Shown one piece after another: positions 9,402-19,026 of a stretch of 32,000 nt of DNA. Made by a program: the position numbers and the translations under genes. The notes beneath the pieces were generated by a model. It worked only from the letters and a program-made list of their open reading frames with translations, made no database searches and had not been told where the DNA came from. Position 1 is the first letter of the stretch. Each line of letters opens with the position of its first letter. The stretch lies in assembly GCA_016840465.1 (NCBI GenBank), contig JAEOSH010000009.1, positions 20,695 to 52,694 on the forward strand, read 5' to 3'. Source of the stretch: Candidatus Baldrarchaeum yapensis. GTDB taxonomy: Archaea > Asgardarchaeota > Baldrarchaeia > Baldrarchaeales > Baldrarchaeaceae.

Positions 9402-10328
9402 TTACGTCATTAGTAACCATACGGGAATGAGGAATAGGGACACTGCTGTGAGTATGGGGATTATTTGCGACGCCAGATTTACATTCAGTTTGTACTTCTC
9501 AGCGAGTGCGGAATTCATCACTGCGGGAGGCATACCCGCCTCTAACATTATCACTGATCTTTCGAGATCCCCGGTTGTGACGAAATCGAGAATGTAGAGA
9601 TTAAGGAACGGGGAGAACACGAATCTGATAAAGGCGGTAAGTAAACACGCGCGTGCAAATTTATTAGCATTGCCAACACTTCCGGCGAGTCGATACCCTA
9701 TTGTGAAGAGGATCACCGGAACCGTGGTATCGCCAATAAAGGACAGTATTGTGCTGGCCACGGCGCCAATGGTCCAAGGGCTCACAAGTATAACTATTCC
9801 TATGATGGATGCGGCCATTGGAGGGTATGAGAGGGCTGATCTTATGATATCCGCCATACGTGTTGACTCTCCCGAGTATGATGCGGCTATGAATGCGCCC
9901 ATTGTGTTCATGAGGAACCCATTTATCAGCATGTAAAACACGACTGCCACGACTCCTCTATCGCCCCATAATGATAGCGCTATAGGAAGCGGGAGAAAAG
10001 CGGTATTTTGAAAGCTTGCGGTTAGTATTACGACGGCGCGGCTCCTATCATCCATGTCACGTGCAAATAAGCTGGTCAGTACCGATATTAGGAAAAACGA
10101 TGATATCTGCGTGATGAAAGAAAACGTCATCATGAGGACTGCGGTTTCATATACTGCAACGAGAGACTGTGTCCCAAAGCTTTCAATTATCAGACATGGA
10201 AGGGCCAAATAGACTACGTAGTCCACAAGCGGGGATATGTCTCCACTGCGTGGTATCCCAGCTTTTCTAAACAGAAAACCTGCAAAGATGGGTGTATAGA
10301 ACATTAGAAGAACCACGTGTAGGTTCAT
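9402..10328 (-). CDS. AEC-family (auxin efflux carrier/malate permease-like) transporter
   Basis: About 10 TM segments; YVVYLALPCLI, FQNTAFLPLPIA..LWG, PVILFTIG, MLEAGMPPAV. Confidence 0.88.
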   Translation of the reverse strand: MNLHVVLLMFYTPIFAGFLFRKAGIPRSGDISPLVDYVVYLALPCLIIESFGTQSLVAVYETAVLMMTFSFITQISSFFLISVLTSLFARDMDDRSRAVVILTASFQNTAFLPLPIALSLWGDRGVVAVVFYMLINGFLMNTMGAFIAASYSGESTRMADIIRSALSYPPMAASIIGIVILVSPWTIGAVASTILSFIGDTTVPVILFTIGYRLAGSVGNANKFARACLLTAFIRFVFSPFLNLYILDFVTTGDLERSVIMLEAGMPPAVMNSALAEKYKLNVNLASQIIPILTAVSLFLIPVWLLMT

Positions 10329-10455
10329 ACGCTCACCCGGTATGTGACCTACAGAGGCGTGATGACTTCAATCGACATGCTACATGCATGGAGGACGGTC
10401 TACATAAACTTGAAATTGAGGTCTAAGATGCAATATTCGTCACAGCGGAGCGTAT

Positions 10456-11130
10456 GTGGTGCATCAGATGATGGATCTTCACATACACAGCGTTTATAGC
10501 GACGGAAACGCGCATATCGAGGATATTGTCCGGCATGCAAGTAGGATAAGGCTAAAAATAATAGCAATTACCGATCACTGCTCGAAAACATACACTTACG
10601 TTGGCGGGAGGATGTTGAACCCCGATGTTGCAATGGAGCGTGCAGAAGTAATTTCTGAGGTAAATTCTAGGTACAACAACATTGTTGTTTTGAATGGCAT
10701 TGAGAGTGATATTGATGGCGGGATTGTCGTCTTTCCTCGGGGGTTAAAGAAAGATTTCTTCGATCTCGTTATTGGTAGCATTCATAAGTCGGTTTCCGCG
10801 AAAGTATGGTACCAGTGGTCGCTATCGGCCATAAGAAGCGGGAATATCGACGTTCTCGGACACCCGTTCTCTTATGTAAGGGAGAATATTCCCTTTGAGA
10901 TGGTGGAGGAGGTATTAATTGAGCTTGCCGATCATAATGTGGCCTTTGAATTGAATATGTCGTACGGACTGCCCCCAGAGGATGTATTGCTACTGTGTAA
11001 GGAGTATGATGTCCCCGTATCCGTGGGGAGTGATGCGCACTCGCTATTTAATGTTGGAATGGTGGATGCGGGATTTTCAGTTGCGAAGAAGTTTGGTTTG
11101 CGAATAATAAGGCCGCAAAAGAGGTATTAA
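10456..11130 (+). CDS. PHP-domain metal-dependent phosphoesterase (histidinol-phosphatase/PolX-PHP-like)
   Basis: DLHIHS.YSDG, ITDH, GIE, IGSIH, GHP, ELN, GSDAH metal-binding motifs. Confidence 0.88.
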   Translation: MVHQMMDLHIHSVYSDGNAHIEDIVRHASRIRLKIIAITDHCSKTYTYVGGRMLNPDVAMERAEVISEVNSRYNNIVVLNGIESDIDGGIVVFPRGLKKDFFDLVIGSIHKSVSAKVWYQWSLSAIRSGNIDVLGHPFSYVRENIPFEMVEEVLIELADHNVAFELNMSYGLPPEDVLLLCKEYDVPVSVGSDAHSLFNVGMVDAGFSVAKKFGLRIIRPQKRY

Positions 11131-11366
11131 TTGGAAATTTGGTCGCAGTATGCTGGATGTGCCGTAATACAAGCAAGAGTTATTTGACGACGTATTCCGT
11201 CGAGTGGCAGAGTGTTAACACACACTTTGCTTATACCGCCCACTCATCATAGACGTGTGAGATTGCCCGCCGTTTTGCGCGCAATTTTCTGAGAACAATA
11301 TGATAGGCTTATAAAATCTTAGTGTGCTTTACTCACACAAGACAGTCCAAGTGGCGGTGAACACTT

Positions 11367-11549
11367 ATGCCACCAGTAATCGACGAATCAAAATGTGAGG
11401 GCTGTGGTGAGTGCGTGGAGGCGTGCCCACAGGGAGTTCTTGAACTCGATGAGGAAACGGGCAAGGCAAAGGTTGCACATCCTGAAGAGTGTGTGGAGTG
11501 CGAGAGCTGCGTCGATGCTTGCCCGAATAACGCCATCTCCATGGAGTGA
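11367..11549 (+). CDS. 2x[4Fe-4S] ferredoxin
   Basis: CEGCGECVEACP and CVECESCVDACP; RBS GGCGGTGA and upstream TTATAAAA at about 11309. Confidence 0.93.
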   Translation: MPPVIDESKCEGCGECVEACPQGVLELDEETGKAKVAHPEECVECESCVDACPNNAISME

Positions 11550-11586
11550 CCCTGTCCGAATGATCTCTCTTCGATCTATCCTCATT

Positions 11587-12117
11587 TTATTTTTCTCGGG
11601 AATGGAACACTATGTGAGGGGCTTCCGGTAAAAGGATTTCTTGAAGTGCCAGAGAGACCGCATCAGGAGACCCAGGAATACATGCCACAAGGGCTCCCCT
11701 TATTATCCCCGCGTCGGCACGAGACGCTACGGCTGCTGTTCCTATCTTGTTAAACGAGAGCAACCTGAATATTTGACCGAACCCCGGAAGACGCTTCTCA
11801 AATAGAGGTTCTATGGACTCTATTGTAACGTCCTTAGGACTGACGCCCGTACCGCCAATGAACACTATCACATCGGCTCCTCCTTCCAGGGCTTTGAACA
11901 GCGCACTTCTTATTTTAGAAGTCTCGTTTGGAACGAGATCGCGCAGAACCACCTTGTGACCCTTCTCTCTCACCAGTCTTTCAGCTAAATCTCCAGATTG
12001 GTCTTCTACCGGTTGACCTTTGATCATTTTGTCATACCGTGATCCGGATACTGTGATTATCGCAAAAGAGAGGCGTTTGGGGGCAGCACTCTTATGTCTC
12101 TCACTTACGACTGACAT
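11587..12117 (-). CDS. moaB: MoaB/MogA-family molybdopterin adenylyltransferase
   Basis: AIITVS, DQSG, GGTGVSPKDVTIE, PGFGQIFR, IPGSPDAV. Confidence 0.9.
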   Translation of the reverse strand: MSVVSERHKSAAPKRLSFAIITVSGSRYDKMIKGQPVEDQSGDLAERLVREKGHKVVLRDLVPNETSKIRSALFKALEGGADVIVFIGGTGVSPKDVTIESIEPLFEKRLPGFGQIFRLLSFNKIGTAAVASRADAGIIRGALVACIPGSPDAVSLALQEILLPEAPHIVFHSREK

Positions 12118-12209
12118 GCATATTTACCCCCGCCGATTATTAACATTAGTCATAATGTTTATAAAATGATTCGGATAGTGAGCACTAACAGGCCAACGGT
12201 GGTGAGCCG

Positions 12210-12578
12210 ATGTTGTCACCACTGCAATTGGAGCCGCGGATATTTGAGATCGACGCTGCGACCCTCAAAGTGACCTTTGAGGAGGAAAGTTCCCCTACTC
12301 GGGTCGGTTCATTTAATGGCACCGAGATCTACGTATGTAGAGGCAATACCACACCTCCAAATGCGAGGAAAGTCTCCATTGGGGATGAAATGTTTGCGAT
12401 GAACCTCGGAGATCTGATAAGGATGTTATTTGACACGGTGCCCGCGCTTACAAAATATAAGAAGGTTTATGTGTGCGTGGAGCCCGTACATCTCACATTT
12501 CCGTCTCAGAAATATGACAGGATAAAGTACGTCCACTGGTTCGTTGTTAAGCTTGTTGACCTCCTCGGTGAGGGCTGA
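12210..12578 (+). CDS. Hypothetical protein
   Basis: 122-aa ORF with RBS GGTGGTGA, divergent from moaB across a shared TTTATAAAA (about 12158-12166). No family recognised. Confidence 0.6.
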   Translation: MLSPLQLEPRIFEIDAATLKVTFEEESSPTRVGSFNGTEIYVCRGNTTPPNARKVSIGDEMFAMNLGDLIRMLFDTVPALTKYKKVYVCVEPVHLTFPSQKYDRIKYVHWFVVKLVDLLGEG

Positions 12579-13016
12579 TCAGACCTCGAACGTGGCTTTC
12601 ATTCTTATTCTTGTCGGTTCCTTTATTGTGTTTAAAACTATTGAGTTCCTTTCCAGCCTGCGCAACAGCTCTTTTATTTTTGAACTCTCATCACCCGTTG
12701 TAGTCGCCTCTATCTGAACACTGATCTCCTTGAACTTCGGAAGTTTTGTTCCGCCACCGCTGATTCCCTTGACCTTTATTTTTGCCTTTTTGAGGTCAAC
12801 TCTCATCTTTCGCGCTTCTTTTAGCAATTCGTACATTATACTACTACCAAGGGCGGCGAGAAGCAGATCTTTGGCCTCGAAGCCGGTCTCACTTTCGGAT
12901 GTTGGAGTCTTGGGAGACTTTACGAGAACTATTGAGCCATTTGACATGGATTTTATTTCCTTCTCGTATACGTTCCACACGACCGATACTATACTCTTCT
13001 CACGCTCATTACTCAC
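12579..13016 (-). CDS. OsmC/YhfA-fold protein lacking both catalytic cysteines
   Basis: G..AKDLLLAALGSSI and LERNSIVLNTI match the OsmC LLLAALGAC and EKYCxVxNTL patterns with Ser in place of Cys. Confidence 0.7.
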   Translation of the reverse strand: MSNEREKSIVSVVWNVYEKEIKSMSNGSIVLVKSPKTPTSESETGFEAKDLLLAALGSSIMYELLKEARKMRVDLKKAKIKVKGISGGGTKLPKFKEISVQIEATTTGDESSKIKELLRRLERNSIVLNTIKEPTRIRMKATFEV

Positions 13017-13321
13017 AACATTTCACCACGCGGTACGAGGATTGCAGTCTTCCGTCCTAATAAACTTTTCGAATTACGGGGTGAAATCGGTTTCATAGGT
13101 GTTTTTGTCAAATAGACGAATTCTATCATGTGAAAATATGGGCCGCGTTATACGTCGCTAAAATATCCTTTTCTTGAAAGTCCCTGCTTTTTTACGTCAG
13201 AGAGTGGCAACTTTTACTGGAATTTGCTGAAGGAGTAGGCGATAAGGTTTTGTTGTTCGTGGTTTGAGGATTCTTAACACAGAGGTTGAGAATTTTTTAA
13301 ATCGACTTTTCAAGAGATATT

Positions 13322-13946
13322 GTGATGATACATGCGGTGGTTTTGATAAAGGCAGATACGGGTGAGTACTTACTGGACAGAAAGTACGGCGATGTCGAGG
13401 TTGACGAGTGCTGATAGGTGGTCTTATCGATTCTTTGAGGAAGTTCATAGAGGAGGTCATAAAGGGCAAGAAGAACCTAGAGAAGGGAGAGTTGGAGGAA
13501 ATAAAATATGAGGGTTCCGAGGCGTCTTTGAAGACTCAAAAACCGCATATCTCGCAGTAATTGCAGACTATAGGGACGATACAGAAAAAGAGAGGCGCTC
13601 ATAGATATACTTAGGATAGTGGATGAGGAGTACGGGGATATTATAAGGAACCGGCATGGTGAGGTTTCGAGGCTGGAAACTCTCTCATAAATCATAGATG
13701 AAATTCTCATGTTCGGGAGGGTCGGAGAAATCGCACCACTTACGATGAAGGACGCATTTCGGCTTGCCGAAGATTTCGGGTTGCTGGACTCTGATGTTCT
13801 CGAAATAGCAAGATTATGTAACGGGCAGTATACAATTCCTGAGATCGCGAGGAAGATACAACGTTCAGAGCAGGACGTAAGAGAGTATAAAGAAGTTGAT
13901 GAAATTAGGGATCGTCGCAATGGTTTATCCTAAGTGTCGGAGGTAA
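13322..13946 (+). pseudogene. Pseudogene of a longin-like domain plus C-terminal winged-helix protein
   Basis: Stitched reading: MIHAVVLIKADTGEYLLDRKYGDVEVDE / LIGGLIDSLRKFIEEV..GELEEIKYEG / VFEDSKTAYLAVIADYRDD / EALIDILRIVDEEYGDIIRN..*IIDEILMFG..IARLCNGQYTIPEIARKIQRSEQDVRE / IKKLMKLGIV. Four frameshifts (about 13409, 13517, 13590, 13887) and an in-frame TAA at 13688-13690. Confidence 0.72.
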
Positions 13947-13954
13947 GGTTTAAA

Positions 13955-14637
13955 TCATCTTCGCCCAAGTATTTGGCTTCCGCTGACTATGAAGAAGAGT
14001 GCTAATAATACTAGTGATGGTGGGAAAAGGAGAGTTATTGGTTTCCATCCAACCATCTGCTCGAACCAGGGTTTTATTAGTGTTGCGTGGAGAGTTCTTC
14101 CCACGTATAGTATCATAAAGTCAATGCTACAGAGCAGTGCACCAGCTCTTATGTGGCCAGCGAACTTCCATGCTATGAGGAAGAAGAACATGGGTATTAG
14201 AAGCGCGTATATTGGGGCAAATATGTAGAGCAATAGGAGCCTCATTAGTCCTATGTGTTCTTCTGGGGATTAATAGTGTCACACAACCTATTATCACCGG
14301 GGGGAGTATAAACAGATAGTATTGGAGGAGTTTCGCCCTACCTATGAAGAGTCTTATCGCAATGGCCGCGCTTATGCACGATAGCCCTATCCACTGGAAG
14401 AATGTCCCCAATTTTCACCATAGGAGTTCGCCCTTTTGGTAGAAGTCGTATATTATGTAAAAAGGCGCGCCCAATGGCGAGATAGATGATGAAGAGTGCA
14501 ATGGCAATGTTAAAGGTATTTCTGCTTTCGCGGTAGCGGAAAATGAGATAGTAGCCAAGGAGTAGCCAGTAGTAGCCAACAACAGCATATCACATCCCGA
14601 ATGCTATGGACTCTGATACTGTTTCGAACACCAGCAT
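13955..14637 (-). pseudogene. Pseudogene of a multi-TM membrane protein
   Basis: Stitched reading: MLVFETVSESIAFGM*YAVVGYYWLLLGYYLIFRYRESRNTFNIAIALFIIYLAIGRAF / YIIYDFYQKGELLW*KLGTFFQWIGL..IP / EEHIGLMRLLLLY..; two frameshifts (about 14460 and 14265) and two in-frame TGA. Confidence 0.68.
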
Positions 14638-14833
14638 AAGATGTACAACCCTAGTTTTGAGAAGTAAGGGCAGATGATAATACAGATCAAATACGTTTAA
14701 AAACTTTGCACGAACCACTGAACTCCGGGATAAGATCCTTCTCTCCAAAAATCTAGAGACGAAATTGTATAAATGCCGTTATCTGCGTTTTTTGACGAAA
14801 AACCTATGTACGAAAACGCACGAGGATGTCTTT

Positions 14834-15439
14834 CTACGAGGATCGTGAGGACCTCTTTTCTCTGATGAAGCTTTCAAGGACATCTTTCGACTCTTTAAAT
14901 CCCCTAGTTATCAGGACATCACCAGGTTCTATTTTGAGGTTTGCTTGCGGGTTTATGAACCATTTATTGCCACGTCTTATTGCAATTATCGAAATTCCAG
15001 CTTTTTCATCGAATTCGGCGTCCTCCACGGTGACTCCCGCAAATGGCGACCTTTCGTCAACCTCTATCTTCATTATTGTCTCCTCAGTTTCTTCTATAGC
15101 ATATCTTAGTACGGGATGTGCCTTAACTCCTCCGATTACGAGTTCTGCCATCCTCGATGCTGCGTCAGCGATGTTTTCGGCCGCAACTCCGAGCCTCAGC
15201 AGCCCCAGCACCTCCTCTTCTTCCACTTCCTCGCTCTTCTTCTGTAGTATCTCGAGCACCTTCAATTCAAATTTCGTGTAAAGTTCATCCATGTGTTCCT
15301 CGAGTTTTAGAACCTCCTCGGCAATCCCCGGATCTTGGAATATAAGCGCCGAATACGCGAGATCTACCATTATCTCAGACGTGTTTTTCATTTCCAGAAT
15401 CATCTGCTCAACTTCTTTCCAGTGTCTTTCTCGGTCCAT
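14834..15439 (-). CDS. PhoU-like plus TrkA-C (RCK_C) domain protein (archaeal COG3273-type)
   Basis: EMKNTSEIMVDLAYSAL, AAENIADAA, IIAIRRG..W..NP, GDVLITRG. Confidence 0.85.
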   Translation of the reverse strand: MDRERHWKEVEQMILEMKNTSEIMVDLAYSALIFQDPGIAEEVLKLEEHMDELYTKFELKVLEILQKKSEEVEEEEVLGLLRLGVAAENIADAASRMAELVIGGVKAHPVLRYAIEETEETIMKIEVDERSPFAGVTVEDAEFDEKAGISIIAIRRGNKWFINPQANLKIEPGDVLITRGFKESKDVLESFIREKRSSRSS

Positions 15440-16050
15440 TTCATCACCTCCGGGAGGGAGGGAACAACCCCACAGGCTATTCTTTCAAGTTCCTCCACGC
15501 CTTCAGGCGTCCCCCTCGCTATTATTACATCGTTTTCCCGTATCTCAAAGTCTTTATCGGGATCCAATATCCACTCCCTTCCTCTCCTAATTGCTATGAC
15601 ATCTGCACCGACCCTTGCCTCCAATAGAAGATCCCCGAGTTTCTTACCCACAAGCACACTATCTTTGCTAACCTTTATCCTAGCAACCTTCTTTTCGGCA
15701 CGAAGGAACGCTGAAACTATGGCCCTATGTGGAACAACTCCTAGAAAGACTAGGTTTGCAATATCAGCCGCTGCGTTTGATATCTCGTCTGCGGAGATTG
15801 CAGTTTTCATAATTGCGAGCATCTGCTCCGCATCTTCCCTATCTCTGACGGCGAGGGCGGAAGTCATCAATAATAGGTTACATAACTCATCAACCTTTTC
15901 TTCCAGCCGCATAACCTCTTTTGCGAGGTCTTTATTGTTGTAGAGGAAAGCAGAATACGCGAGATCTATCATGAGACCTGAGAGATCCTTCATTTCCTTT
16001 AATAGTTCGAGCACCGGAATTGCTTTGTACGTTATGCGCTTATTGCCCAA
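15400..16050 (-). CDS. PhoU-like plus TrkA-C (RCK_C) domain protein, paralogue 2
   Basis: EMKDLSGLMIDLAYSA, ADEISNAAADIA, DVIAIRRGREW..DP, NDVIIARG. TTG start after GGAGGA; own TATA-like CTTTAAAA at about 16104-16111 on the minus strand. Confidence 0.85.
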   Translation of the reverse strand: MGNKRITYKAIPVLELLKEMKDLSGLMIDLAYSAFLYNNKDLAKEVMRLEEKVDELCNLLLMTSALAVRDREDAEQMLAIMKTAISADEISNAAADIANLVFLGVVPHRAIVSAFLRAEKKVARIKVSKDSVLVGKKLGDLLLEARVGADVIAIRRGREWILDPDKDFEIRENDVIIARGTPEGVEELERIACGVVPSLPEVMKWTEKDTGKKLSR

Positions 16051-16129
16051 CTTCTTTTATTCCTCCACTTCCTCCATGTTACACAAATTCTATATTCCTA
16101 CTCCTTTTAAAGACTTTTGTCCTGCTCTC

Positions 16130-16585
16130 TTATTCGCGAGACTTGGTGGACTCTTTTAATTGTCCATGTTTCTTCAATTTGGCGGGATTTGGGCCCAAAG
16201 ACCTTATCCTCTCGACAAACTCTCTAATTATCGATGCAAATTCGGCACCCATCGCGGCGGAAACAAACACCATCTCCAGCCTCTCCGGCTCTATTCCTAT
16301 ACTTTCAAGGATTCTCTTTGCAAAAATCACTCTCAGTTCTGCCTTCAGATTCCCATCAACGTAGTGGCATTGCCCCTTTAGGCATCCAGCCACCAGAACT
16401 CCGTCTGCTCCTTCCGCGAACGCCTTAAATATATGGATTAAATCCACTCTCCCCGTGCACGGCACCCTTATTATTCTAATATTCGTCGGGTACTGGATCC
16501 TGCTTGTACCCGCTAAGTCCGCCGCGGCGTAACTACAATGCCAACAGCAGAACGCAACTATTATCGGATCAAAATGCTGATCCAT
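16130..16585 (-). CDS. mvhD: MvhD/FlpD [2Fe-2S] adaptor subunit
   Basis: AFCCWHCSYAAADLAG, RVPCTGRVD, GADGVLVAGC..GQCHY..GN, IEPERLEM. Confidence 0.95.
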   Translation of the reverse strand: MDQHFDPIIVAFCCWHCSYAAADLAGTSRIQYPTNIRIIRVPCTGRVDLIHIFKAFAEGADGVLVAGCLKGQCHYVDGNLKAELRVIFAKRILESIGIEPERLEMVFVSAAMGAEFASIIREFVERIRSLGPNPAKLKKHGQLKESTKSRE

Positions 16586-16586
16586 G

Positions 16587-18539
16587 TCACACCCCCAAGA
16601 TCCCCTCTATCTGCGCGAGTATTTGCTCATCCTTGTAGTGTTTTAGTTGTATTGCCCCAGTGGGGCAAGCAGCGGCGCACGTTCCACAACCCTTGCATTT
16701 CAGTTCGATAACCCTTACGGATTTCCCTTCTGGGGGAAGTTCTAGTGCATTAAATGGGCAAAACCGCACGCATATTCCACATTTCCTGCAAAGATCTTCA
16801 TTTACCTCTGGAATTATAAGGTCAATTGTTATCTCTCCTCTCGAAAGGAGGGATGCGGCTCTTGCCGCGGCGGCACTTCCTTGAGCCACCGAGTCCGGTA
16901 TGTCCTTCGGTCCCTGCGCACATCCACAGATGAATATTCCTGGTATTTTCGTGTCGATAGGCTGGAGTTTAGGGTGCAATTCTTTTAGGAAACCGTCTGG
17001 CCCCACTTCTACTCCCAGAATCTTTGCTAAGTCCTGTGTACCCCTAGATGGAATCATCGCGGAAGATAGCACTACAAGATCCGCGTCTATGACCATGACT
17101 TCATCTAACACGACATTATATACGTACACTTTCAACTTTCCACTTTTTTTGTCCTCTTCTACCTTTGACACACGACCCTTTATTATTTTTACTCCTAATT
17201 CCCTTGCCCTGTCCGCGTACTCTTCATATCCCTTTCTATACGCTCTTATGTCGATACAGCAGATGTATACTTCCGCTTGAGGGTCGTGCTCAAGTTTTAT
17301 CAGTTGAGCGTGCTTTAGGGCAACCATGCAACACACACTACTACAGTACTTATTGAATCTGTGATCTCGTGAGCCCACACACTGTATCATCACAATCGTC
17401 TTAGCGGGTTTTCCGTCTGCTCTTAAGATCTCACCGTGTGTGGGGCCTAAGGGATCAAGCATCCTAGCAAGTTGCATCTGCGTAACCACGTTATCATATT
17501 CTCCATATCCATACTCAGTTATAGGAGACGGGTCGAACTCCTCGAAACCCGTTGCAACGATTATCGCCCCTACCTTCAGTTCTAATTCTTTCGGTTTTTC
17601 GTCGAAGTTTATTGCATTCCTCTCACAAACCTGTGCGCACATTCCACATCTTATGCATTTATCCGTATCAATCAGATACACACGGGGAATTGCCTGTGGA
17701 AACGGTATGTATATTGCTTTTCGCATACGCATCCCGAGATCAAACTCGTCGGGCACGAGAACTGGGCAAACCTCCTCGCATGCACCACATGCAACGCACT
17801 TTTCTTCATCAATGTGTCTTGGCCTCTTCAATATTCGTACTGTAAAATTGCCAACATGCCCATCAACTGAAATTACTTCTGAGCACGTAAAGAGAGTTAT
17901 ATTGGGGTGAGATGCCACTTCACTCATCTTTGGGGAAAGAATGCACATAGCACAGTCATCGGTCGGAAAAGTCTTCACCACACGAGCCATGTTTCCGCCT
18001 ATCGATGGGGATCTCTCCACCAGGTAAACCCGAAAGCCCTGCTCTGCGAGATCCAATGCCGCCTGTATTCCCGCAACTCCTCCACCTATTACCAGTACGG
18101 ATTTTATTACCGGTATTTTGACACTCTTTACCGGTTCTAGCCTTTTAGCACGTTCGACCGCCGCTTTGAGCAAGGCTTTTGCCTTTTCAGTTGCCTTTCC
18201 CGGTTCATATAGATGCGGCCATGAACAGTGTTCTCTGAGATTCACCATCTCCAACAAATACGGATTAAGACCGGCTTCGGAGATGCATTTTCTGAATGTC
18301 GGCTCGTGAAGTTTGGGAGAGCAGGAGGCTACAACCACTCTGTTAAGTCTATGCTCTTTTATCGCGTCCTTGATCAACCTCTGCCCCGTTTGACTACACA
18401 TGAACATGTAATCTTTAGCGACGACCACTCCCGGTAGTTTTTCCGCAAATCTTCTTACCTCTTCAACGTTTATAACGCCAGCAATGTTTTTTCCGCAATG
18501 ACAGATGAAAACTCCCACCTTTGCATTATCGGGACTCAC
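16587..18539 (-). CDS. hdrA: Heterodisulfide reductase subunit A, full-length canonical architecture
   Basis: N-terminal FICHCG..MCS..SCSP..REHC; Rossmann GGGVAG; KTFPTDDCAMCILSP; inserted 2x[4Fe-4S]; QCVGSRD..YCSSVCC..K; GCAQGPKDI; C-terminal 2x[4Fe-4S]. Confidence 0.95.
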   Translation of the reverse strand: MSPDNAKVGVFICHCGKNIAGVINVEEVRRFAEKLPGVVVAKDYMFMCSQTGQRLIKDAIKEHRLNRVVVASCSPKLHEPTFRKCISEAGLNPYLLEMVNLREHCSWPHLYEPGKATEKAKALLKAAVERAKRLEPVKSVKIPVIKSVLVIGGGVAGIQAALDLAEQGFRVYLVERSPSIGGNMARVVKTFPTDDCAMCILSPKMSEVASHPNITLFTCSEVISVDGHVGNFTVRILKRPRHIDEEKCVACGACEEVCPVLVPDEFDLGMRMRKAIYIPFPQAIPRVYLIDTDKCIRCGMCAQVCERNAINFDEKPKELELKVGAIIVATGFEEFDPSPITEYGYGEYDNVVTQMQLARMLDPLGPTHGEILRADGKPAKTIVMIQCVGSRDHRFNKYCSSVCCMVALKHAQLIKLEHDPQAEVYICCIDIRAYRKGYEEYADRARELGVKIIKGRVSKVEEDKKSGKLKVYVYNVVLDEVMVIDADLVVLSSAMIPSRGTQDLAKILGVEVGPDGFLKELHPKLQPIDTKIPGIFICGCAQGPKDIPDSVAQGSAAAARAASLLSRGEITIDLIIPEVNEDLCRKCGICVRFCPFNALELPPEGKSVRVIELKCKGCGTCAAACPTGAIQLKHYKDEQILAQIEGILGV

Positions 18540-19008
18540 TTCTCATCTCCTCAAATATCGCTTTTAAGTTGAAGATCGGGAGAATTCTTATTGCGCCCTC
18601 AGTACATGCCTCGACACATTTCTTGCAAGCAGTACAGAAGACTCTCTTGTACCTGATGGTTCCGAACCCGGGTATCCCGTCGGGAACTATTATTGCCCGT
18701 TCAGGCATTCTCTTTGCGAGTTTCCTTATGAGTTCTACGAGTATTCTTCGATTTTCCGATCGTATTTCATCGATGTTGAGATGAGGGTCAAGAAAAATGG
18801 ACAAGTCTAAGACATTTTCAAGTGAAAGAGCATCGTCTTCGCACACGTTTATACATTTCCCACATGCAATACATGCGGCAGGATTGTAATGTACTTCTCC
18901 AAAACCTTCTAGTCCTTCGGGTACCTCTATTGGGCCCTCAGGCTCCTTTATCGCGAGTTCTCTCAATAAATTTAGTAAAAGGACGCGTTTTGTTAAGGGC
19001 TTTGACAT
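18526..19008 (-). CDS. 2x[4Fe-4S] protein built from two ~80-aa repeats
   Basis: CIACGKCINVC and CTACKKCVEAC, each preceded by a helix-P..PI.VP.G..GFG unit. Confidence 0.8.
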   Translation of the reverse strand: MSKPLTKRVLLLNLLRELAIKEPEGPIEVPEGLEGFGEVHYNPAACIACGKCINVCEDDALSLENVLDLSIFLDPHLNIDEIRSENRRILVELIRKLAKRMPERAIIVPDGIPGFGTIRYKRVFCTACKKCVEACTEGAIRILPIFNLKAIFEEMRSESR

Positions 19009-19026
19009 AAAAACACTCTTAACCCC

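Noticed and set aside
14550-14578. AGTAGCCA three times
   Set aside because: Too short and irregularly spaced for CRISPR; it reflects GYY/WLL codons in the pseudogene.
14400-14600. Two in-frame TGA codons in the membrane pseudogene as Trp or Sec readthrough
   Set aside because: The same gene has two frameshifts, and TGA is used as a normal stop throughout the window.
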